DNA of 27,568 bases from Thermoanaerobaculia bacterium (GTDB lineage Bacteria > Acidobacteriota > Thermoanaerobaculia > UBA5066 > Gp7-AA6), in assembly GCA_035602095.1 (NCBI GenBank), contig DATNMZ010000493.1, forward strand, positions 1 to 27,568. Reading direction: 5' to 3'. A program made the position numbers and the translations under genes. Below, piece after piece: positions 1-8,089 of the stretch. The notes under the pieces are model-generated. The model was not told where the DNA came from. It worked only from the letters and a program-made list of their open reading frames with translations, and did not search any database. Each line of letters starts with the position of its first letter. Position 1 is the stretch's first letter.

Positions 1-579
1 CGCGGTCAAGGGTGCGGCGACGATCGGCACGACGGGAGCCTGCGCCGCCACGGCGAGCCGGAAGGCTCCGCTCTTGAAGGTGAGGAGCCGTGGACTGTGA
101 TTGCGGTGCCCTTCCGGCATGAACCAGACGGCGATCTTTTCCGAGCGCATCGCTTCCGCGGCCGCTTCGAGGGAGGCGAGCGCGCTGCGGGCGTGAGCGC
201 GATCGATGATGAGGTTGCCGGAGAGGCGATAGAACCATCCGAAGACGGGGATCCGGCCGATCTCGCGCTTTCCCGCCGAGACGGTCCGGGGCGGGAAGAT
301 CGACCCGAGGGTGACCACGTCCAGGAAACTCTGGTGGTTTCCGACGATGACGCAAGGGCGAAAGTCCCGAAGGCGCTCCGGCCGGTCGGGCTCGACCCGC
401 CACCCCATCATCCGCACGAGACCCCGGCAGAAGATCCGCCCGTACCAGTACAGCGTCTGCCGGTTGCCGGGCGCGACGAGCAGCCACAGGATGCCGGCGG
501 AGGAGCAGAGAACGAACCACGCCCCTCCGAACGCGCAGCCGAGGAGGTAGGCGAGCCGCCGCGCGAGGGTTGCCTCCAT
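1..579 (-). CDS. plsC: 1-acyl-sn-glycerol-3-phosphate acyltransferase (PlsC family), truncated by the left window edge
   Basis: Not in the ORF track. Translated by hand from ATG at 579: MEATLARRLAYLLGCAFGGAWF...GNHQSFLDVVTLGSIFPPRTVSAGKREIGRIPVFGWF...WFMPEGHRN...FKSGAFRLA. Shows the NHxSxxD catalytic motif and the F(M)PEG motif; the frame stays open to base 1. Confidence 0.9.
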   Translation of the reverse strand, partial: MEATLARRLAYLLGCAFGGAWFVLCSSAGILWLLVAPGNRQTLYWYGRIFCRGLVRMMGWRVEPDRPERLRDFRPCVIVGNHQSFLDVVTLGSIFPPRTVSAGKREIGRIPVFGWFYRLSGNLIIDRAHARSALASLEAAAEAMRSEKIAVWFMPEGHRNHSPRLLTFKSGAFRLAVAAQAPVVPIVAAPLTA

Positions 580-712
580 CGCCTCTAGACGAGTTCCAAA
601 GAGCCGTTCAGCGGCGGGCCTTCCCGCGAAAACGGTGACGGAGCGGGCCTCCGAACCGCGCAGGCCGCGCCGGGGCGTTTCGCCGCGAGCCAATCGTGTG
701 GAGAGCACACGG

Positions 713-1792
713 TCAGGCGGTCGTCTGCCAGTTGTCCTTCGCCCCGACGGGCGGCACCCATGCCGGCAGGGGCATCAAGAGGTGCTGCGAGAGCGCCTGC
801 ACGTAGGGGTCGTACATCCGGACGATCCGCTCCAGGCGTTCCTCGACCTCGGCCCCCTCCTTGAGCGGCAGGCCCGCGGAGGCCATCGCCTCCCGGAGCC
901 GCGCGAGATCGCCCGCCGGAAGCCTGTTCGAGGGGAAGGACTTCGGCTTGAGCCGGAAGATCTGGCTCATGTCCGCCACGGCATGCCGCGCCATCGCGAA
1001 GGTCAGGCGCGCGGATCGGACCGGACCCTCTTCGACGCCGGCGATGATCAGCGCGCAGACGTCGAGAACCGTCGTCAGTCCCGCGACCCAGGACTGGTTG
1101 TCGTGCTGCGACCGGTAATACGCGAGCACGGGAAAGGAAATGTGGGTCTCGAGCAGATCCGCGGACCAGACGTCCCAGTCGTGGAGGAGCTCGCCGAGAC
1201 TCTGGCCGTGGTCGTCGCCGGCGTGGCGCCGGATGAGCTCCGCCGCGGTCGGGGGGGAGCCGGCGCGCGCGTCGAGCAGCGCGATGTTGGTCTCCCGGCG
1301 GGAGAACGCCTGGGAGAGCGTCGGCAGATATCCGACGACGAGCGCGAGGAATCCGAATCCGGTTCCGCTCTCGATGAACGTCAGGAGCCGCGCCGAGGCG
1401 GTGGAAGGGACGATGTCTCCCAGGCCGAGCGTGACCAGCGTCGTTCCGCTGAAGTACAGGTCCGCCTCGAACCCGCCGAGACCGCGCGGCGCGACGAGGC
1501 GCGTGCCGAGCCCCCAGTGGAGCAGGGCGAATCCGAACACGAGGGCGAGCGCCCAGATGACGAGGAGGAGGATCAGCGACAGCGGACCGAAGATCGAGAG
1601 AAAGTTCTCCCGCGGGTTCCCCTGCCGGCGGCGCAGGCCGAGAGCCCGCCACGGCCCCCACGTCAGGACGTAGAAGATTCGGGTGAGCCGGAACCGGCGG
1701 GAAACGCGGCGCGGAAGGACGATGGTCTCGAAGGCGTCCCAGAGGACGAAGAGAATCAGCAGGACTCCGCAGGCGACCGCGAGGAAGCGCAT
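713..1792 (-). CDS. Potassium channel family protein (2TM pore module plus long cytoplasmic C-terminal domain)
   Basis: C-terminal 359 aa of track ORF 713..3115, starting MRFLAVACG. Hydrophobic helices flank the pore helix and filter LYFSGTTLVTLGLGDIVP. The upstream part of the track ORF is antisense to sthA. Confidence 0.8.
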   Translation of the reverse strand: MRFLAVACGVLLILFVLWDAFETIVLPRRVSRRFRLTRIFYVLTWGPWRALGLRRRQGNPRENFLSIFGPLSLILLLVIWALALVFGFALLHWGLGTRLVAPRGLGGFEADLYFSGTTLVTLGLGDIVPSTASARLLTFIESGTGFGFLALVVGYLPTLSQAFSRRETNIALLDARAGSPPTAAELIRRHAGDDHGQSLGELLHDWDVWSADLLETHISFPVLAYYRSQHDNQSWVAGLTTVLDVCALIIAGVEEGPVRSARLTFAMARHAVADMSQIFRLKPKSFPSNRLPAGDLARLREAMASAGLPLKEGAEVEERLERIVRMYDPYVQALSQHLLMPLPAWVPPVGAKDNWQTTA

Positions 1793-1858
1793 GGGGCGGC
1801 GAGAATCTACCTCACTCCGCGGAGCCATCGGGCAACGCAGCGGTAGACTCCCCGTTCC

Positions 1859-3304
1859 ATGCCCGCTTTCGATCTCGTCGTCATCGGGACCGGCCCGGCC
1901 GGGCAGCGGGCGGCCATCCAGGCGGCGAAGCTCGACAAGAAGGTCGCCATCTGCGAGAAGGGCCGGTCCGTCGGCGGCGTCTGCATCAACACCGGCACGA
2001 TCCCCTCGAAGACCTTCCGGGAAGCCGTCCTCTACCTGACCGGCTTTCTCCACCGCGACGCCTACGGATCGGCGTGCCTCGTCAAAGATTCGATGACGAT
2101 GGAGGACCTTCTCGCCCGTTGCACGAAAGTGATGAACCGGGAGATCGACGTCATCCGGGACCAGCTCCGTCGAAACGGCGTCACGGTTCTCCAGGGGCCC
2201 GCTTCCTTCGTCGATCCGCACCGGCTCGTCGTGGAATCGAGCGCGGGGAGAATCGAAGTGACGGCGGATTTCGTCGTGATCGCGACGGGAACCGCGCCCA
2301 CCGACCCTCCCGGGGTGACGGTGGATGGCGAGACGGTTATCACGTCCGACGGAATCCTCACGCTCCAATCGATCCCACGAACCATGACGGTCGTCGGAGC
2401 GGGCGTCGTCGGAACCGAGTACGCGTCCATGTTCGCGGCGCTCGGCGTCGAGGTCACTCTGGTGGACAAGCGCCCCCGGCTGCTCGAGTTCGTCGACGCG
2501 GAGATCGCGGAGGCGCTCGCCTACAAGATGCGGGACATGGACTGCACGCTCCGGTTCGGCGAGGACGTCGCCTCGGTGGCGGTCGAACGGCCGCACCGCG
2601 CCGTGGCGATCCTGAAGTCTGGAAAGAAGATCGTTTCCGAACTGCTTCTCTACTCCATCGGCCGCGTCGGAGCCACCGCCGAGTTGAATCTCTCCGCGGC
2701 CGGGCTCACGGCGGATGACCGCGGCCGGATCGCGGTGGACGGCCGCTATCGGACCGCGGTGCCTCACATCTTCGCCGCCGGCGACGTCATCGGGTTTCCG
2801 TCTCTCGCTTCGACCTCGATGGAGCAGGGGCGGATCGCGGCGTGCACGGCGTTCGGCGTCCGCGCGACCTCGATGCCGCACCTTTTTCCCTACGGGATCT
2901 ACTCGGTCCCGGAGATCTCGATGGTCGGTCCGAACGAGGAGGAGTTGACGAAGCAGGGGATCCCTTACGAAGTCGGAATTTCGCGTTACCGGGAGATCGC
3001 GCGCGGCGCCATCCTCGGCGACAGCTACGGGCTCCTGAAGATCCTTTTCCACCGCGAGACGCGCAAGTTTCTCGCCGTGCACATCATCGGCTCGGCCGCC
3101 ACGGAGCTCGTGCACATCGGCCAGGCCGTTCTCGCCTTCGGCGGCACGATCGACTACTTCGTCGACAACGTCTTCAACTACCCGACCTTCGCGGAGTGCT
3201 ACAAGGTCGCGGCGCTCGACGGTTACAACAAGATCGGGCCGCCGTCCGGCGAGGCGATGCCGCCGGGCACGACCGGCCGCAAGACGGGAACCGTCAAGGT
3301 ATGA
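1859..3304 (+). CDS. sthA: Soluble pyridine nucleotide transhydrogenase (Si-specific NAD(P)+ transhydrogenase)
   Basis: FDLVVIGTGPAGQRAAIQAAK FAD-binding start; GGVCINTGTIPSKTFREAV with a single Cys rather than the CxxxxC disulfide of dihydrolipoamide dehydrogenase; VVGAGVVGTEYAS; C-terminal FNYPTFAECYKVAALD. Confidence 0.92.
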   Translation: MPAFDLVVIGTGPAGQRAAIQAAKLDKKVAICEKGRSVGGVCINTGTIPSKTFREAVLYLTGFLHRDAYGSACLVKDSMTMEDLLARCTKVMNREIDVIRDQLRRNGVTVLQGPASFVDPHRLVVESSAGRIEVTADFVVIATGTAPTDPPGVTVDGETVITSDGILTLQSIPRTMTVVGAGVVGTEYASMFAALGVEVTLVDKRPRLLEFVDAEIAEALAYKMRDMDCTLRFGEDVASVAVERPHRAVAILKSGKKIVSELLLYSIGRVGATAELNLSAAGLTADDRGRIAVDGRYRTAVPHIFAAGDVIGFPSLASTSMEQGRIAACTAFGVRATSMPHLFPYGIYSVPEISMVGPNEEELTKQGIPYEVGISRYREIARGAILGDSYGLLKILFHRETRKFLAVHIIGSAATELVHIGQAVLAFGGTIDYFVDNVFNYPTFAECYKVAALDGYNKIGPPSGEAMPPGTTGRKTGTVKV

Positions 3305-3378
3305 GCCGGTTTCCCTCGTTTCCAGTTTCCCCGACTCCAGGTCCCCGGTTCCGGGCTGACAGCTGACAGCTGAGAGCT
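3305..3378 (+). repeat. Short tandem repeat tract after the sthA stop: degenerate pyrimidine-rich units, then (GCTGACA)2-GCTGAGA-GCT
   Basis: Read directly: 3355-3378 gctgacagctgacagctgagagct; 3305-3353 has degenerate units (ccggttt, ccagttt, ccccggtt). Confidence 0.7.
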
Positions 3379-3440
3379 TCTAACTCACTGGCCCGGCACG
3401 TCTTCTCTGCCCGGCAGATTTCTTGAATGGGGGACCTCAG

Positions 3441-4718
3441 ATGCGGCCCTTCCTCCGAATCGGCACCCTTCTCTGGCTCGGCGCGAGCGCGCTTGGCCTT
3501 CCCGGGTGCACGTTCGTCAGCAGCATCATCGGTTCCGAGAAGCGGGACGTCTACAAGTTCGACCATCCCTTCACCGTCGAGGACGCGCAGTTCCGGCGCT
3601 CCATGGACACGCTCGGAACCCCGATGGTCGGAGGCAACGACGCCGAGCTCCTGAAAAACGGGGACGAGATCTTCCCCGCGATGACGAAGGACATCCGGGA
3701 AGCGAAGGAGTCGGTCAACCTCGAGACCTACATCTACCAGGCCGACGCGGCCGGACGGCAGTTTGCCGACGCGATGATCGCCGCGGCCCGGCGAGGCGTG
3801 GAGGTCCGGCTGCTCGTGGACGCCTGGGGGAGCAAGCTCAAGGGTCTCCAGGACGAGCTCCAGAAAGCCGGCGTGCGCGTCCGCAAGTACCGGCCTCTCC
3901 GGCTCTTCACGATCTACAAAGTGGGCCGGCGGACCCACCGCAAGATCCTGGTCGTGGACGGCCGGATCGCCTACACGGGCGGGCTCGGAATCGATGAGCG
4001 GTGGCTCGGCAATGCGCGAAACACGAAGGAGTGGCGTGACACGCAGGTTCGGGTCGTCGGTCCCGTCGTCGCGCAGATGCAGGCGATCTTCAGCGAAGAC
4101 TGGACGTACACGACGGGAGAGATCCTCGCCGGGGACAAGTTCTACCCGCGGATCGAGCACGCGGCCGCCGTCCAGGCGCAGGCGATCAAGGCTTCGCGCG
4201 GCGACTCCTCCTCGCTCGCGAAGATGCTGTACTACGTCGCCATCCAGTCCGCGAAGAAGACGATCTACATCCAGAACGCGTACTTTCTCCCCGACAAGCA
4301 GGTCCGCGAGGCGCTCGTCGCCGCGGTCGCGCGGGGCGCGGACGTCCAGGTCATGGTGCCGGGCCGGGACATCGACCTCCCGATGGTCCGGTTCGCCTCC
4401 TGGATCCACTACGGCGAGCTCCTGCAGGGCGGTGTACACATCTTCGAATACCGCGGGACCATGATGCACAACAAGGCCATGGTCGTGGACGGGCTCTACT
4501 CGACCATAGGGTCGATCAACTTCGATACCCGCTCGATGAGTCGAAACGCCGAGGAGAGCCTGGCGTTCTACGACCGCGGATTCGCGAAAAAGATGGAGGC
4601 GATGTTCTTCGAGGACAGGAAGCGCTGCGCCGAGATCACGTACGAGGAGTGGAAGAAGCGCGGCATCGTGCAGCGGATGGCGGAGCTCGTCTTCTGGATC
4701 TTCGAGCCCTATTACTGA
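3441..4718 (+). CDS. Cardiolipin synthase-like phospholipase D family protein, possible lipoprotein
   Basis: Two HKD motifs (THRKILVVDG, MHNKAMVVDG) and GSINFD. N-terminal hydrophobic stretch ends LGLPGC. ATG 3441 follows GGGGGA and is preferred over TTG 3423. Confidence 0.88.
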   Translation: MRPFLRIGTLLWLGASALGLPGCTFVSSIIGSEKRDVYKFDHPFTVEDAQFRRSMDTLGTPMVGGNDAELLKNGDEIFPAMTKDIREAKESVNLETYIYQADAAGRQFADAMIAAARRGVEVRLLVDAWGSKLKGLQDELQKAGVRVRKYRPLRLFTIYKVGRRTHRKILVVDGRIAYTGGLGIDERWLGNARNTKEWRDTQVRVVGPVVAQMQAIFSEDWTYTTGEILAGDKFYPRIEHAAAVQAQAIKASRGDSSSLAKMLYYVAIQSAKKTIYIQNAYFLPDKQVREALVAAVARGADVQVMVPGRDIDLPMVRFASWIHYGELLQGGVHIFEYRGTMMHNKAMVVDGLYSTIGSINFDTRSMSRNAEESLAFYDRGFAKKMEAMFFEDRKRCAEITYEEWKKRGIVQRMAELVFWIFEPYY

Positions 4719-4729
4719 AGGAGGCAGGC

Positions 4730-5143
4730 ATGCGTTCCAGGGCGCTCGTCGCCGCGATATTTCTGGCCCTGCTCGGCGCGCGGTTCGCCGCGGCGGCGGC
4801 ACGCCCCGCGCCCGAACAGGAAAAGATCGACTATCTCCTCGCGCAGGTTCGCGGCTCCGACGCGGTTTTCATCCGCAACGGCACGGAGCACGACGGCGCG
4901 GCGGCGGCCGCTCATTTGAAGTCGAAGCTCTGGTGGGCGGGGAAGCGCGTCCAGACCGCGCGCGATTTCATCCTCGGCGTGGCCACCCATTCGGAGCAGA
5001 CGGGGAAGCCCTACGAGATCCGCCCGCGCAATGCGCCGGCGCAGCCGTTGCGCGACTGGCTGCTCGCGCGGCTGGCGGAGCGCGAGAAGGCTTCTGCGAG
5101 CCCTTCTCAAAAGAGCGCCGCAAGCGCCCCTCGCCGCCCGTAA
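4730..5143 (+). CDS. Secreted DUF5329 (YfeK-like) family protein
   Basis: SD AAGGAGG before ATG 4730; signal-peptide-like N-terminus; KIDYLL..VRGSDAVFIRNG.EH...AAAAHLKSK...ARDFI...SEQTGKPY...DWL pattern recognised from memory as DUF5329. Confidence 0.7.
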   Translation: MRSRALVAAIFLALLGARFAAAAARPAPEQEKIDYLLAQVRGSDAVFIRNGTEHDGAAAAAHLKSKLWWAGKRVQTARDFILGVATHSEQTGKPYEIRPRNAPAQPLRDWLLARLAEREKASASPSQKSAASAPRRP

Positions 5144-5159
5144 GAGAGGCTCGGGTGAC

Positions 5160-6659
5160 CTACGCGGGCGCGGGCTCCGGAGCGCGGCGGGGCGCCTGGC
5201 CCGCGGAGAGCGCCCAGTAGAGCGTTCCGGACGCGAAAAAGCCGACGAACCAGCCGTAGGCGTAGAGCGGTTTCAGCACAGGAAAGACGAACCCGCCCCA
5301 CGCGAGGCCGCAACCGACGAGGGTCGCGAGCACGGCCCTCCAGTTCCATCCGCCGGCGTATCGGTAGATTCCGTGCGTCAGGTAGAGGTCCTCCAGCCGG
5401 AGGCGGGTGCGCCGCACGAGCCAGTAATCCGCGATGAGGACCCCCGCGATGGATCCGAGTCCTCCCGAGTAGCCGAGCAGCCAGACGAAGATGTAGCCCG
5501 AAGGGTCGGCGAGAAGTTTCCACGGCTGCAGCAGGATTCCGATGACGCCGGTGATGAGGCCGCCCGTTTTGAAGCGGATCCAGCGCGGGAAGGCGTTGGC
5601 AAAATCGTTCGCCGGAGAGACGACGTTCGCCGCGATGTTGACCGCGAGCGTCGCGACGACGACGGTGAACATCGAGATCGCAACCACGGCGGGCTGCGAG
5701 AACTTGCCGACGAGAACGACCGGGTCCCAGATCGCTTTGCCGTAAATGATGGCGGTGGCGCTCGTGATCAGAACCCCCATCGCGGCGAAGAGAGACATGG
5801 TCGTCGGAAGGGCGGCGATCTGTCCGACCATCTGGTCCCGCTGGCTGCGCCCGTAGCGGGTGAAATCGGGCATGTTCAAGGAGAGCGTGGCCCAGAAGCC
5901 GACCATCGCCGTCAGCGAGGGGACGAAGACCGGAAAGAACTCGCGGAAAGTGCGGAGAGAGCCGGGTTGGGCGAGAAGCGGGCCGAAGCCGTGCGCCCGC
6001 CGGACCGCCCAGACGAGGAGCGCGCCCGTCATCACGAGCACGAATGGAGCCGCCCAGTTCTCCACCTTACGGAGCAGGTCCATGCCGCGGTAGACGATGA
6101 GGATGTTCAGCGCCCAGAAGAAAAAGAAAGAGAGCCACTCCGCGCCCGTGTGTCCGGACCAGCCCGGCCCGAGCCGCGTCGTCCAGCGGGGATCCAGCGC
6201 GGAGAAGAGCGTGTTCAGTGCGGCGCCTCCGATCCAGCACTGAATGCCGAACCAGCCGCAGGCGACGAGAGCGCGCATGATCGCCGGCAGGTTCGACCCG
6301 AGCGTTCCGTAAGCGGCGCGAGCGAACACGGGAAATGGAATGCCGTAGCGCGTTCCCGGATGGGAGTTCAGGAGGATGGGGACGAGCACGATCGTGTTCC
6401 CGAGGAGGATCGTCAAGAGCGCCTGCCACCAGTTCATCCCCGCCGTCATCAACCCCGACGCCATGTAATAGGTCGGTATGCAGTGCGCCATGCTGATCCA
6501 GAGCGCCGCGTAGTTGTAAGTCGTCCAGGTGCGTCGCGAGACGGGCACCGGGAGGAGGTCGCGGTTGGCGAGCGGTGACGCTTCGATCCGAGTCGCGTCG
6601 ATCAACTCGACGCGGCCGTCCCCGTGGCGCTTCTCGTTGCCGTAAACGGTGGTGCGCAC
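5160..6659 (-). CDS. NCS1 family nucleobase:cation symporter (allantoin/uracil permease-like)
   Basis: About 12 hydrophobic segments; WISMAHCIPTY, GTRYGIPFPVFARAAYG, GWFGIQ, FWATLSLNMPDFTRY, NIAANVVSPANDF motifs; divergent from allB. Confidence 0.92.
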   Translation of the reverse strand: MRTTVYGNEKRHGDGRVELIDATRIEASPLANRDLLPVPVSRRTWTTYNYAALWISMAHCIPTYYMASGLMTAGMNWWQALLTILLGNTIVLVPILLNSHPGTRYGIPFPVFARAAYGTLGSNLPAIMRALVACGWFGIQCWIGGAALNTLFSALDPRWTTRLGPGWSGHTGAEWLSFFFFWALNILIVYRGMDLLRKVENWAAPFVLVMTGALLVWAVRRAHGFGPLLAQPGSLRTFREFFPVFVPSLTAMVGFWATLSLNMPDFTRYGRSQRDQMVGQIAALPTTMSLFAAMGVLITSATAIIYGKAIWDPVVLVGKFSQPAVVAISMFTVVVATLAVNIAANVVSPANDFANAFPRWIRFKTGGLITGVIGILLQPWKLLADPSGYIFVWLLGYSGGLGSIAGVLIADYWLVRRTRLRLEDLYLTHGIYRYAGGWNWRAVLATLVGCGLAWGGFVFPVLKPLYAYGWFVGFFASGTLYWALSAGQAPRRAPEPAPA

Positions 6660-6742
6660 GCCGGCTGATTCTAGCGAGTTCCAAGTTTGCGTTGTCCCGC
6701 CAACGGATTTCGGACAGCGGACAACTGATAACTTCTCGAGCC
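6660..6742. promoter_or_regulatory. Compact divergent control region (NCS1 / allB) with two -10-like hexamers and an inverted repeat
   Basis: TAACTT (6729-6734) lies 8 nt before the allB ATG; TAGAAT on - (6668-6673) lies 8 nt before the NCS1 GTG; inverted repeat GTTGTCC (6691-6697) / GGACAAC (6719-6725). No SD on either side. Confidence 0.45.
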
Positions 6743-8089
6743 ATGCCTCCGGCCGAATTCGTACTGAGGAGCCGCCGCGTCCTGACCCCCGAGGGGATGC
6801 TGCCCGCGAGCATCCGGGTCGCCGGAGGTCGGATCACGAGCATCGAGGCCTATTCGGCGCCCGCGCCCGCCGGAGTTCCGATCGAGGAGGCCGGCGACTC
6901 CGTCGTCTTCCCGGGCCTGCTCGATACGCACGTCCACGTCAACGAGCCGGGACGGGCCGACTGGGAGGGTTTCGAGACGGCCACCGCCGCCGCCGCCGCG
7001 GGGGGGATCACGACGCTGATCGACATGCCTTTGAACTCGGTGCCGCCGACGACGACCGTGGAGGCGCTCCGGGAAAAGCTCGCCGTGGCGGCGGGCCGTT
7101 GCGCCGTCGACGTCGGGTTCTGGGGCGGCGTCGTGCCGGGCAACGGCCCGGAGCTGTCCGGGCTTCGGAAGGCGGGTGCCTTCGGCTTCAAGTGCTTTCT
7201 CGCGCCTTCCGGGGTTCCCGAGTTCCCGGAAATGGAAGTCGCAGAGCTTCTCCCGGCGATGCGGCGGCTCGCCCTTCTCGAAGCGGTGCTGCTCGTGCAC
7301 GCCGAAGATCCCGCCCGGCTTCTCGAGCGAAACGGCCCGGGGCGGTCGTACGCGAGTTATCTCGCCTCTCGCCCGCGTTCCGCCGAAAACGCGGCTGTCG
7401 CGCGGATGCTCGATCTCTGCCGCGAGACGGGCGCGCGAGTACACGTGCTGCACCTTTCGAGCGCCGAGGCGCTGGCACCGCTCGAGAAGGCGCGCCGGGA
7501 GGGATTGCCGGTCACCGTCGAGACCTGTCCGCACTATCTGACGTTTGCCGCGGAGGACATCCCCGACGGCGCGACGCCGTTCAAGTGCGCGCCTCCGATT
7601 CGCGAACGGGAGAATCGGGAGCGGTTGTGGGAGGGCTTGCGGGGCGGCGTGATCGACATGGTCGTCTCCGACCACTCGCCTTGCTCGCCGGATCGAAAGA
7701 GGCTCGAGTCGGGAGACTTCTTCGAGGCGTGGGGCGGGATTTCTTCCCTGGAGCTGACCCTGGCGGCCGTCTGGACCGGGGCGTGCGAGCGTGGGATCGA
7801 TCTTTCGCGCGTCGCGGAGTGGATGGGCGCCGCGCCGGCGCGGCTTGCGGGGCTCGGCGGGTCCCGGGGCGCGCTCGCGCCGGGACGGGATGCGGATTTC
7901 GTCGTCTGGGATCCCGAGAAGACCCGTACGGTGGATCCCGCGCTCCTCCAGCAGCGCCACAAGGTGACCCCGTATGCCGGCCGCCGGCTTCAGGGGATCG
8001 TGCGGGCGACCTGGCTTCGGGGTGAGAAGATCTACGAACACGGAAGGCTCCTCTCCCGCTCGAGCGGCGAGATGCTTCTTTCCGGGTGA
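6743..8089 (+). CDS. allB: Allantoinase (metal-dependent amidohydrolase)
   Basis: DTHVHVNEPG metal site, GFKCFL carbamylated Lys, HAE, HVLHLS, VETCPHYL, FKCAPPIR, SDHSP; next to allantoicase. Start ATG 6743 (MPPAEF). Confidence 0.93.
   Translation: MPPAEFVLRSRRVLTPEGMLPASIRVAGGRITSIEAYSAPAPAGVPIEEAGDSVVFPGLLDTHVHVNEPGRADWEGFETATAAAAAGGITTLIDMPLNSVPPTTTVEALREKLAVAAGRCAVDVGFWGGVVPGNGPELSGLRKAGAFGFKCFLAPSGVPEFPEMEVAELLPAMRRLALLEAVLLVHAEDPARLLERNGPGRSYASYLASRPRSAENAAVARMLDLCRETGARVHVLHLSSAEALAPLEKARREGLPVTVETCPHYLTFAAEDIPDGATPFKCAPPIRERENRERLWEGLRGGVIDMVVSDHSPCSPDRKRLESGDFFEAWGGISSLELTLAAVWTGACERGIDLSRVAEWMGAAPARLAGLGGSRGALAPGRDADFVVWDPEKTRTVDPALLQQRHKVTPYAGRRLQGIVRATWLRGEKIYEHGRLLSRSSGEMLLSG

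Noticed and set aside
580-712. Hairpins between K+ channel and plsC (CGTGTG-GAGAG-CACACG and other short stems) as riboswitch or SECIS
   Set aside because: Short stems expected by chance at high GC; no known aptamer motif; the channel ORF ends naturally, so there is no reason to invoke TGA readthrough.
713-3115. Apparent 800-aa channel protein
   Set aside because: The N-terminal 441 aa are the antisense of sthA; the real start is ATG 1792.
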